DNA from: Epiperipatus broadwayi
Taxonomy: Eukaryota > Animalia > Onychophora
NCBI GenBank assembly: GCA_028023455.1
Contig: JAQFVV010000005.1
Location: 19,964,001 to 20,028,000 of the forward strand
Direction of reading: 5' to 3'
DNA length: 64,000 nucleotides
Shown here: piece by piece, positions 1-11,582 of the stretch
Numbering within the stretch: position 1 is the first letter of the stretch
How the letters are laid out: each line of letters begins with the position of its first letter
Notes under the pieces: model-generated
Told to the model about the DNA's origin: nothing
What the model saw: only the letters and a program-made list of their open reading frames with translations
The model's database searches: none
Program-made: the position numbers and the translations under genes

Positions 1-21
1 AAATTTACCACTTCCTTTATT

Positions 22-543
22 TTGCAATTTATCCAATACTTTGAACACTTTTTAGAAAAAACCTTTTATTTACCTATATGCATATACAATCTTATATTTT
101 GACTGTCACACAGTCTTCTTCAGAGCTATGATATAATGAACAACAATAAAATTAATAAAAAAATAAAACATAATAAAACTGAAATAAATATATTCAAACC
201 CAAATAAAATAATCCAGTTGATATAAAATATACCATATAAATTATTAAGTATTTTATTAAGGTAAAAATGAATAATATTTTAAATTAATAGTTGTTCATG
301 AATACACATAATTTATTTTATATAGTATATTTTATTTTATATTAAGTGGATTATTTTATTTGGGTTTGACTATATTCCAATTTTGTTATATTTATGTTAT
401 TTTTTATATTTATATAGTTATGTATTTTATTTTATGTTGTTCATTATATCATAGCTCTGAAGAAAAGTGCAGGACAGTGTATGCGTATAGGTACAATAAG
501 AGGTTTTTGCTAAAAAGTGTTCAAAGTACTGGATAAATTGCAA
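22..543. repeat. Degenerate foldback (inverted repeat, arms ~22-245 and ~308-543), PLE-3'UTR-like, with a hammerhead-like motif on the minus strand of the left arm
   Basis: Arms are reverse complements (TTGCAATTTATCCAATACTTTGAACAC vs GTGTTCAAAGTACTGGATAAATTGCAA). Minus strand near 98-126 reads CTGAAGAAGACTGTGTGACAGTCAAAA. No clear TSD. Confidence 0.7.
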
Positions 544-591
544 TTATATATTATTTTTCTTTAAATTTATATTCCTCTTAATGGTTTGGAG

Positions 592-1188
592 CAGGGATGA
601 GCAATATATGGTGTAAGAGCTAAACTTGACATATTTGAGATTTATTTTGGTGAACTGAACTACTGATTATAAAAATAAAAAGTAAAACTAGATTTTGTAA
701 TACTAGAATAAAAAAAATAATTTATATTTTCAGTAAAAAAATGTTCTGTTTTCCTTCTGCAAATAGATATTCACACTTATCTAATTTTGAGAAATAATTC
801 ACAGTGAGTCTGTTATTGATTTTAATTTTCAGTTTATAATTGTTCATCCTCTGTAAACCTTATAGTTGTATTTTTTACAAAAAAATATTTAAATCAATGA
901 AATTGATAAAAAAAAAAAAACTAGTTCATGTCTAACAGGTTTAAATTTGAAAACTATTTTGTTTAACTCCATACATTAAAGGTCTGGTGAAAGCAAACAG
1001 ATTCGGAAGTCTCATTAAAATAAATACAGTAATATTTTATATATTTATAGTACATTATTGTATTAGGGGGTAAATGTCAATATATTATAGATAAAAAAAT
1101 TTATACAAAAATTGTTTAGTACAAAATTTATATGGCACATGGAACTCACAAAAAAATTGATACATGGATTGTAAAATGTTGGCCACTG
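592..1188. mobile_element. Possible old hAT-type MITE
   Basis: Left end CAGGGATGAGCAA, right end TTGGCCACTG; flanking 8-mers GTTTGGAG / GTTTAAAG (6/8 match). Confidence 0.3.
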
Positions 1189-1465
1189 GTTTAAAGGCAA
1201 AATGATTGTGTGGTTGGAGCTGGTCAGATGAGTACATTGGATTTGGAGTAGGAGGCTTTTAAAATAAAAGGCTTACTTTACAATTTATTAAGATATGTTG
1301 TGAACCAAAAAAAAATAAATTTGTTAGCATATTGTTTATATATAAATTTAAAGCAAAAATGACTAATTTGGAAGCTGTTATATAGTGATATTTGAAAGTA
1401 TGAAGCATATAAGTTCTATATTAGGGACAACTTTAATGGCTTTATATATGTGTAGAAGTAAATGG

Positions 1466-1746
1466 TTGATCACTAATAAAACAGGCAAAACTCTCCACAC
1501 AGTATTGCCACTTAGTGCAAGCCAGAATAATCAATGGATGCCAGAAAACTTGTGCATAAAATTCCCATCTGCTACCTACTCATCCAATATCCCCAGACTA
1601 ATTTCTGGTTTGTGGCCTTTGTCACATCCATTGATTACTCTGGCTTGCACTGAGTGGCAATACTGTATGGAGAGTTTTGCCTGTTTTAATAACATTTATA
1701 AGCAAGCATAGGAAATGGTGATCATATGTTTATTGATCATTAATAA
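1466..1746. mobile_element. Family A (hammerhead/retrozyme-like) foldback insertion with truncated ribozyme
   Basis: Inverted arms AAAACAGGCAAAACTC... / ...GAGTTTTGCCTGTTTT; TSD TTGATCA(C/T)TAATAA at 1466-1479 and 1733-1746; partial hammerhead (GGCCACAAACCAGAAATTAGTCTGGGG) on the minus strand at ~1590-1620. Confidence 0.9.
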
Positions 1747-2259
1747 CAACCAATCTAAATTGCTTTTATATTATGATGCTTTTAGAATAATATTTGTTGA
1801 ATATTATTTTATTTAGATTTTATTTATAATTTAATTAACGTGAGAAATGCTAGTTTTCTTGTTTCTTTTTATAATTAGTTTTATAGCTTTTAATTATGGT
1901 TTACTAATTATTTAAGTAAGCAAGTGCAATGATTTGTTCCAGAATACTTTTTGCGATATATTCACTACCATTAATTCAAAATCCATGATTCCAAGCTTTT
2001 TTAGATTTGTGAATTTTATGGATTTCAATAATAAATCTTTTTCATATAAATATTAATTTATTATCTATAGTGTACATTTATTAAAATACTTTTTGCCACC
2101 AATATACTTGGGCATCTCTATTCATTTTATAGTTAGTTAAATCTTTAAACACTGCTCTGATGTCATGAAACAATAGTGTGATAACTAATTGATAAATTTA
2201 AGATGCTTTTTATTTGGAAAAGTGATTTATCATAATACTTAGTAATTTATTAACATGTA

Positions 2260-3420
2260 ATCTAAAATCTCATTACTTTCTATTGATATGTTTGTTTCAA
2301 ACTTTTAATATTGTTTGTCTTTTCAATTTCTTATTTGGAAGGAATGGGGGGCAGTCAATTGTAAGTTTTTGATGTTTATTTTCATTTCTCATAATAGTAA
2401 CTGATGTTGACTTACAATTTAAATTATAAATTAAATATATAATTTCAGACAACCTATTTATAATTGACAGGTTTGGAATTTTTATTATCATTCATTTTGT
2501 TAAAAGTGAAGGGCAAACATATGGACAATTGTAGATGTCAATTTTTATACTAAAGGCCAAAATAATTGTCAGTTATAAATTTTATTTTTCATGTAAGAAA
2601 ATAGCTTTTTTTAATTCAATACAAATTGTAATCAAGCAAAACAATTTAAATAAAAATGAACTGACTTGCTTCGAAACATTAAAAAAGGCTAAAATGGAAA
2701 TTATTTCTTTTGAGTACCACTGCTAATAATTGTTTTCTTTTTAGTTTACAAAAATAAAAAAAGGCATTGCTAGTTATTGTGGACCATGTAATTTGACAGC
2801 CACAATGTGGTCAATGTAAAATCAATCCAAACTCTTTAGAATTATTTTTTTAGCATAGATGACCACCCACATTTGACATAATGTCTTTCACATTCAACAT
2901 CATTTAATAGTTTTTTTCTGCTGTAAAAATGCCAATGTAGTTTCTTCACATGCAATTACTTTACTATAGAAATCTTTGAATAATACAATTTAAACAATGT
3001 ATAATTGTGAAGGTCTACAACTTTGTTAGAATAAAAATCTATGTCATTCTGATAACTCTAGGTCTAAATGGAAAACACAGTTTATTTATTTATTTTTTAA
3101 AATTATAAAAATTTTAATGAACAATTCAAGCTTTGTGTTTACATTTCTTTTGAAATAAAAACAATTTAGCAATATAAATGAAAAACAAAATTTATTTTAA
3201 ACTAATTTCTAAAAAAAATGTATAATAATGTTTCATTTTTATCTTTTATTTTCTGTTCTATTTTTTAACTATTTATAAACATATAATTTACATATGTAAA
3301 ATATGCAGAATCTTAAATTCAATTTGTAATCTAAAATTTCTTATTACTTTTCATTGACAGGTTTGATGTGAACTTTTAGTATTACTTGTCTTTTCATTTT
3401 CTTATTTGGTTTTGAGAAAA
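2260..3420. repeat. Two diverged direct copies of an ~85-bp segment (2260-2345 and 3329-3420)
   Basis: AATCTAAAAT(C/T)TC(A/T)TT...CTTATTTGG is shared by both copies. Confidence 0.5.
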
Positions 3421-4459
3421 GAATGGTGGATTATTTTATAACTTTTTGTTATAATAATATGATATTTATATCAGCACAAAATTTTTATATAATAGTAATT
3501 AAAACAATGAATCGTAATTTTGTTTTGATAATAGAAGTTTTTGAATTAGTAGTTTGGATTAATGGTAGTCTACCTATATTTGTAAAGACAATAAAAGTAC
3601 ATATAGGTTAGCCGAAATCTAAAGATTTTTCACCAATTTATAAGATTACATGTTATATATGTTTTCATTATTAACATCTTCAGTTCATATCAGTAAATCT
3701 GATGTAATGAACTGTTCTCCCAAATCCTTATCAAAATAAGAATGGCTTAATTCCTTTAAAGAAAATTAAAATGAGCGATTTTAACAATAACTATTATTGT
3801 AATATGTATTATTTCATATGTATATAGGAATATTTTCATGATGAAATGGAAGCATGTCTATTTATTTTGCCTATGATCTGAGTTTGAATTCTGGCCAAAT
3901 AAAATTGCAATTTTTAAGACCCCCGGTAAACACCTTTTTATTTTTAGTTATAAAGTAAAACAAAGATAGAAAAACATTTAAACCCTTCATCTTTCAGTAA
4001 TTACCAACTGGTAAATATTTTAATTTTTGCAGTTCATGTATACAAGAAGCAAGATTTTTTACCTCATATATACACATGACCAATATAAAGCATTAATGTA
4101 TTTTTTATTTAATTTGTAGTGAAATTAACATTTTTTTTAGAAATTCAGAATTTGGAACTTGATCCATGGATCATTGCCCATCTTTGTACTTCTACACGCT
4201 CAAATTTCTTATTAATTCCTTAGCAGCAAAGTCATTTGATTATTATTTAGTGAAATACAAGGGCTCTTACTAAAGTTTTTAAATTCAGAAAGCTGTTTAA
4301 TCTAGCATGCATTCTCAATATCATAATCCATATTTCAGAAACTAGTCATCTATATGAATAATTGACAGCTACCTTCTTAAAGAGCATGTATTTATTAAAG
4401 TGCTGTTCTTATTAAGAATAAATATGTGAATTACATAACTAGATACCGAAAATTTCTGA

Positions 4460-5700
4460 ATTATAGATAGTGGTGTTGGGAGAATATGTCAGTTAAAGAG
4501 GAGTTTTTCCAAATTAAAGACTTTAGTACTGAGTCTTTGTGTTTTATTGATTACTTTTTCAGTTTATTAGAATTTTATCATTATGTACAATCATTATCAG
4601 CTCATGGTAGGATGATCTTTAAATTCAATCCAATTACTCTCATTATGATAATACACCAGCAAATTTGTTCATTTCATCCAGCTATTTCATGGAGTCATTC
4701 AATGGGTCTTTTAGAATCTCTTGGGATCCTGTAACACTTCAAACTGTCCATTAACAATGATATCAGTGATATCTGTTTTACTCTTAACATATATGATTCC
4801 ATGCTGCATTGTTTCGTCTTAAGTATCCAAGTCTCAAATCTATAGATAATAACTAGTTTATTAAACACATTCCTTTTCAAACATATGGATATATTTCCTA
4901 TTAATATTAAGCTATTTCTACTAAAGTCATTCCGTTCAAGAATAATTCTAGAATTAATTTCATCCATTTTGTTTTCATCTAGTTTATAATCTAATCAAGA
5001 TATTTGTAGTTGTTAACTTCCAATTTATGATTATGAGTTATGAGAATATTCATTGAACATTGTTTTAGCTTTTTGAACCTTTATTCTTAGTTCTACATTC
5101 TTATTTTCATTTGATAACTCTTGTAACATTTTCTGAAACCCTGAAACTTTATTTGTAAAAGCAATCATATCATCTGTGCAAAATCTAGATGACTAAAATA
5201 ATCTCCATTTACTTTTCTTCTTTAGCTTTTTATTTTAATTTACAAAATACTTTTTTTAGAACAGCTATAAAAAGTTTTGGAGATCTTTCCATCACTATAT
5301 AACATTGTTATTGCTGCCATGGATATAGATCTTGATGTTCCAAAATTATAATCACTGTGGAAATGCTTATAAAAACAACTGTTCTTTTCATAATCTACAA
5401 ATTGACAACTATATTCATTAATGCTTTCTATAACCCGTCAACATTTGGATGTGATCCATTGTGCTAACCTGTTCTTTACTAAGGGATAAAGAATCTTATT
5501 TTACTCGTTAGTTATATAGAGAATTGTATTGCCAAACAATAATTTGTTTATCTTCTATTTTATAACTCATAGAAGCACCATTAGTAAAAATTTAGACAAT
5601 CATTGCCTTTCTAAGAAAAATACAACTATACTTTAATACCATGGTTCCATCTTATTCTTAGATTCACTGTCCATGGTTTCTTGAAGCCTTCAATTTGTAA
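4460..5700 (-). mobile_element. Decayed RTE-type LINE fragment (RT and C-terminal region)
   Basis: ORF 4695-4967 MDEINSRI...ICLKRNVFNK...ETW aligns by eye with the RTE ORF at 15009-15383 (MDEINHRI...CLKRKVFNK...SETW); many stops. Confidence 0.8.
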
Positions 5701-7469
5701 AAGCATTAAATAAAAAATAGAAATTTGTAATGTTGACACATCACCCATCTATATGATTGATGTCAACTGTTAGTCATTTTCTTAACTTAGATACCTAGTC
5801 ACATTCTCTTTATATATATATATGTCCTAGTTTATTGTCTTTTTCATAACTTTTTTATTATTAATATTATTTGACATTTAAATATGCTTATTTTAAAAAT
5901 TGAATTGTATATATATATGTGTTTATGCATGTTAAACATATGTAAGCTTTTCTATTATCTACATGGTCAGCATGATTTAGTGCATGATAGAGTGGCAGAC
6001 TCTAGAGCTTAAGGTCTATGATTCATGTCCAGCTCTATCACTTCCGGTTCTTAAATATTTTCCTGAATCATTCAACTATCACTACCATCCATAGTTACAG
6101 GTGTGCATGAGAAGGCTTGGAATCAAATGGCAGAGGATTCAAAATCAGGTTATAATTTGTATGTATTTCTGTGTTTGAAACTAATTCTTGTTTCAAGAAT
6201 TATTTACTTGACTATAATCTTAAAATTTTTCTACAGAGTATGAGATGGGAGATAGTAAAGACAAGGCTACTGTTTGTTATCATTTTACTTAAAACATTTC
6301 TAAATAGAGTTAAGCTAGTTTTACTTTGATAAGAATGTAGTCATCATTTGAGGAAGGAAAGTTCATAGATAAGCGACTGCCAATACTACAGAACTGGAGG
6401 GAGGTAGTGATAAGAATGATTAATGTAATTTGTAATGAATTTGAGATGACGTAAAACTAAAATTATATCAGGAGATGAAAAAATATTTTTATTTAAAGTT
6501 GGCAGTCAAATAAGAAATCATAAAACAAGTATGTATTTTTACAAATATTCAGTTGAGAAATGCATGAATTGGGGGCAGAAGGACATGATGAGTTATTGTT
6601 AAAAGTGATTAATTAGCGTAGGGATTTTGTTTTTTTAGATAACTAGTTATTAACTTCTAAAGGAATTTATTGACATTTAATAAAGAAAGCAATTTATTAG
6701 TGACTTTATTAAGTCCTTCAAGTTTGCCACTAGATGTGTAGAATTGACAATCAATAACAATGTATTTTATGGTTTGTGGTTCAGCAATCATGGGTTATTT
6801 CTTAATTTGTAAATAAAGCTCTATCAACAACCATCTATATGAGATCAAATCCAGATGGTTTTATTGTTGGATTTGGAACAAGAAATTAGTTTGTGCCTCA
6901 ATAAAAAATCAATTTTTTATGCTATAACTCATTAATTGTTTGAAAGACTATCTTCTGAAAGGGGGATTGGTTTTCTTAATAACTTTTATATTTTTTTGTA
7001 AGATCACATGACTTGTAGGGATATGTGAAAAGACAGAAAATCACTAAAATGAAGTTATCTTGAATGTGCCAGTAATATTTTGCATAATAATATTTAATTG
7101 CATATCCAAACATTTAGGGTGGATACTTTTCCTCAAATAGAACAATAGTATTCACTAATAGAATATGATAATGCTCAGTAAACTGTCTTTAGAATATTTG
7201 TATCACAACCCTAAGTGATCCTAGCCAAATTTATATGAATGCTTGTTGCTAGAAATGAATTTTAATATAGTCTTCAATAGATGGAGGAAAATAGGTTTAC
7301 AGACCAGGAGTTTTCCTAAGTATCATGGGGTAGAGCCATGTTTAGTCTATTGCAGAAAATTATGTTCAGTTTTCCAAAATATTTTGCTGTTCAGATGAAA
7401 AGCTGAGCATATTGTCTTAGTGGGATTAGTAATTCAGTTTTTAAAAAAATATTTTCATATTCTTATTAA

Positions 7470-8155
7470 TAATGTCAAAGTAAAACAGGCAAAACTCACT
7501 ATACGTATTGCCACACACAGCAAGCTAGAGTAATCAATGGAAGCCAGAAGGCTTGTGCATAAAATCCCCATCTAATGCCTACTCATCCAATATCCCCAGA
7601 CTTGTTTCTGGCTTGTGGCCTTCATCAGTGAGGAAGAGCCTTGGATCTGAGAGCACTGCACCTAGATCTTAGGATCTAATGCAACCCTCCAGCAGCCGCC
7701 TTTTATCTCCACTTACCTACAAAACTATGAGTCTTAAACTGAAAAGACCTTAATATTTTCAATCTAAACCCATTAGCTTATATAGTCATATGGGTCTGAA
7801 CTCAGTTCAGTACCCATACATTTTGGTGTCTTTGGTTCTTTAATAACCATAGCCACCACTATCCTATTCAGCAGGATTGGTTTTTAAGTCAATAAACATC
7901 ACATGACCATCACTTCTTATGCTTGTGTATAACTGTTGTTAAAACAGACAAAACTCACTATACGTATTGCCACACACAGCAAGCTAGAGTAATCGATGGA
8001 TGCTAGATGGGGATTTTATGCACAAGCCTTCTGGCATCCACGGATTACTCTAGATTGCTGTGTGTGGCAATAAGTATAGTGAGTTTTGCCTGCAGTTATA
8101 CACAAGCATAAGAAGTGGTGGTCATGTGATGTTTATTGGCTTAATGTCAAAGTAA
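7470..8155. mobile_element. Family A insertion: ~1.15 monomers on the minus strand plus an inverted arm
   Basis: Direct repeat at 7482 and 7941 (period 459 bp); inverted arm ~8006-8141; 14-bp TSD TAATGTCAAAGTAA at 7470-7483 and 8142-8155. Confidence 0.92.
7594..7633 (-). ncRNA. Minimal type I hammerhead ribozyme (family A), catalytic core intact
   Basis: Reverse complement CCUCA-CUGAUGA-A GGC CACAA GCC A-GAAA-CAAGUC/UGGGG: stem I CCUCA:UGGGG, stem II GGC:GCC, GUC cleavage triplet. Confidence 0.85.
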
Positions 8156-10919
8156 TATCATCATCATAGATGAATTTCCTACATTCTGTTTCTGGAATAT
8201 TACTGATGAATAAAAAAAAATAGATGATAGAACTAAACAATATGGGACATTTAGTTTGTAATTTTTTAAAACTATTATAGTTATTATTTTGTGTAATTTC
8301 AATTTTTTTTTTATTGGAGAGCATTTTGTCAACAAAATAAATGGTTTTTCTGCATTTAAGGACTTAAAAACCTTTAGAAGAAAACCATTTTCCAAAATGG
8401 AATCATAAACTGAAGTTAGATTAATAAAGGAATAAATTATATTTAGTTTATTTTGAAAAGATAGATCTTACTGAGAACAAATTTCTGGCTTAAACCCAGC
8501 CTATTCTAAATGCAAATGGTTCGTAACCAATGCATATTTCTTGTTAATATGCTCTTTTCAAACAGCTTATAGGAGTGATTAATTAATTTTTTGGATCATT
8601 GTTAAGATATTTAAGATTACTATTGTTTTGCTTTTATACCAAATTTTGGAAATTATTTCTATATGAAATAATATTACTGAATAGTTTTTTCAATCATGCT
8701 TTGGCTTTTGGTCGAAATTTGTTGGAATTCTAGAATTATGCTATCTATTCTTCATGCTGTTCCTGGTTTAAGACACTCATGGTTGAGATTAGAGGATTGT
8801 AATGAAAGAGTCGACTTGTTATGCCTTTTCTAGTTCTTTTTAGATCTGCTTCTATACCCATTTCAAGCATACAAAGCTTTCCAACTAGATCTCATACTTT
8901 CTGTCCATTTTTTCTTTTAATATTATCTAGAAATTTTATAACTGTCAGCAATTTCTGAATCATTGGAAGACAAATATTAACTATAATAAGCATTGATTTT
9001 ATTCCATTTTAGAATAAATTGCTTTTGATATTTTTAGTGATTAGATCTTTTAGCCACTATAGTGATGAACTTGCTAAATCTCTTACTATTGGGGGGAGGG
9101 GGTCAATATTTTTTTTTTAAATATTTAGTATATTTACTCCATTTAGCTTTCTTTAAATTCCATCTCAAGGCTGGATGAATGACTATAAGATGGGCATCTG
9201 AATTCCAAGAATGATTAGATTTGTTTGTGTAGGTTATGAATGATCTGATAAGAGTAAATAATTAATCTATGGTGATTTTTTTTGTTGAAATAATATAAAG
9301 GTATTACCATTGCATCTCATTTCCTGAATGGAATACTTTTCCTTGCTTGACATCATTATTAATTAAATGGTATTTAAAGCCATACATTCTAAAATACAAG
9401 GATCTGCTTTATCCTGGTTGCATATCCCTAAAGATTATTCTGAAAATTGAAATGTTATTATAAATACAGATAATGTAGGATAGAGCCATTTTGTTTTGGG
9501 GAGGGGAGTGTATAAACATTGTATATTTGAAGATTATCTATCTAAATAATGCTTGAAAAAAATATTTCAATTAAAAAATAAAGAAAAAGTATATGTTGAA
9601 TGCAATATAAAATGGGGAAATGAAATACAGCAAGATGCTTATGATTGAAGAATAGGGTGTTAATGGAAATTTCTGAAATTATGTGAGGGTCCTGCCCAAC
9701 AACTGATATAATGATGGTGATCAAGAATTGAAATTTTTTCATCTGAGACTATCCTAGAGTCAATTATTTTTAGTTATTTAAATTAGAGACACTGGTACAG
9801 TGATGAATAAACATATGGTACAAATAGAACGGGTCCCCCCTCCCCCAAGTAATTGCAGATTTTCCATTCAACTCCTAATTAATTAAGCTAACTATTTGCC
9901 TATTGGTCAGAAAATGTATGGCGGTTTTTATTCTGGGGGAAGTGGTCCAGGGAACAAGCTGACTACAAAATTTTGCTAGCTGAACTTTATGGGGAAAGGG
10001 GATAAAAACAGTAATGGTTTTGTAATTTTTTAAAAGTTATCTTGCATAGAAATATATAAACAAATTTGGTTAGATCTAAGCTCAAAATGCAAAAAATTGA
10101 CTCATTTTGCAGGATATTTGTATTTAGGGTAGAATGTTAGTCATCAACTGCGTAGTGAGTCAATTAATTTTTCGTGCAGATATAGCAATGTTTTTATATT
10201 AGTAAGTTGATTCAACTGTCTAGATTTAAGTCAACAATGCTAAAAGTTTTCTGTAATCAGTCTATTAAAATACTAAACAAAAGTCATATAAAACTTATTT
10301 TATTAAACCTTGAGTAATCGTTATTTTGATTATTGATGCTTTGATATAAAGTTGGTAGATTTATAAGAAAAAAAATACTATATTTATACGAATGATTTAG
10401 TGCCGCTCTATACAGCTAACAAACATATCGTGCAAAGTGGTTGGTCAGTTTTTATATAGTACAGCAATCGGACAATTGATGTATCAAGTATTGTTATTTA
10501 AGCTCGGGATTCTTAACATCCTCCACCTTCGGCCACTAACCGCTGCCTTGGTTGGTGACCTTACAGCCTCCTGGAAATAAGGGCCATTATTTATTTTTGT
10601 CTGTCATGATTATAAATATCTATTGGAAAAATATCATTTACACACACATTTATTCTGCCTTATCAGGCAACTGAGAAGAAAGACCATGGTGTTTCTTGAT
10701 CTTAAATTCGGAGGTAAAAAGCCAATAAACTCACCATGCTGGCTAATGCATGTTGATGAGCAGCCTATCCTTATTAGCATACTATATGAATAATCACAGT
10801 AATAACAGCTGCAACAACAAGGGAGTAAGGAGTGGACATTAGGAATTTGCCCTGCTCAGTTCCTTCAAGGCCTCCAAGAGGAATCAAAAGGTCTTTCTGA
10901 TTGTGGACCCAGGCTGCCA

Positions 10920-11582
10920 TTTGATGACAACTTTTTATTTAGGTACTTTCAACTGCAGATCACTTTAAAGTGAAGGAAGATTGCAAGAATTAGAAGAAGA
11001 ATTGTCTTATATTAAATGGGACATTATTGGACTTTGTGAAGTTAGAAGAAAAGGTGAAACAATTGATTTAAAAAGTGGACATATACTCTATTATAAAGGC
11101 ACACATATTGGAAATACAAGTGGAGAAGGATTCATTATAAATAAAAAGTGGAAGAACAATATTGTGGAGATTGATGGTGTATCGGACAGAGTTGCAAGAT
11201 TAGTTATACAATTTAATAGCAGATACCAAATGCAGATAATTCAGGTTTATGCCCCACAAGTTCTCATAGTGATGAAGTAGTAGAAGATTTTTATATGGAT
11301 GTACAAAAGGCTTTTGATCAGAGTAAACAACATTTTAAAATTGTTATGGGAGACTTTAATGCTAGAATTGGTAGACAAATGAAAGATGAAATTGCTGTAG
11401 GTAATTTTGGTTATGGTAATAGAAATGAGAGAGGACATAGACTTGTGGAGTTTGCAGAAAAAGAAAACCTTTATATTATGAATTCATTTTTTTGAGAAAA
11501 ATGTTAAAATGAAATGGACATGGAAGCATCCAAATGAAGATACAGCAGAATTGGATTATATTTTGACTAGCAGAAAATACAT
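10920..11582 (+). mobile_element. RTE LINE, 5' part (AP endonuclease, frameshifted)
   Basis: TFNCRSL, KWDIIGLCEVRR, IIQVYAP, MGDFNARIG, LDYILT motifs. Confidence 0.93.

Noticed and set aside
1385-1711. 108-aa ORF and similar ORFs at 15802-15993, 24389-24580, 24864-25082, 39548-39742
   Set aside because: They overlap non-coding family A/B repeats and are not conserved in frame between copies.
6101-6290. Two-exon candidate (VHEKAWNQMAEDSKS / EYEMGDSKDKAT)
   Set aside because: The strong GTATGT donor gives an immediate stop, and the in-frame join needs a weak GTTATA donor; no recognisable homology.
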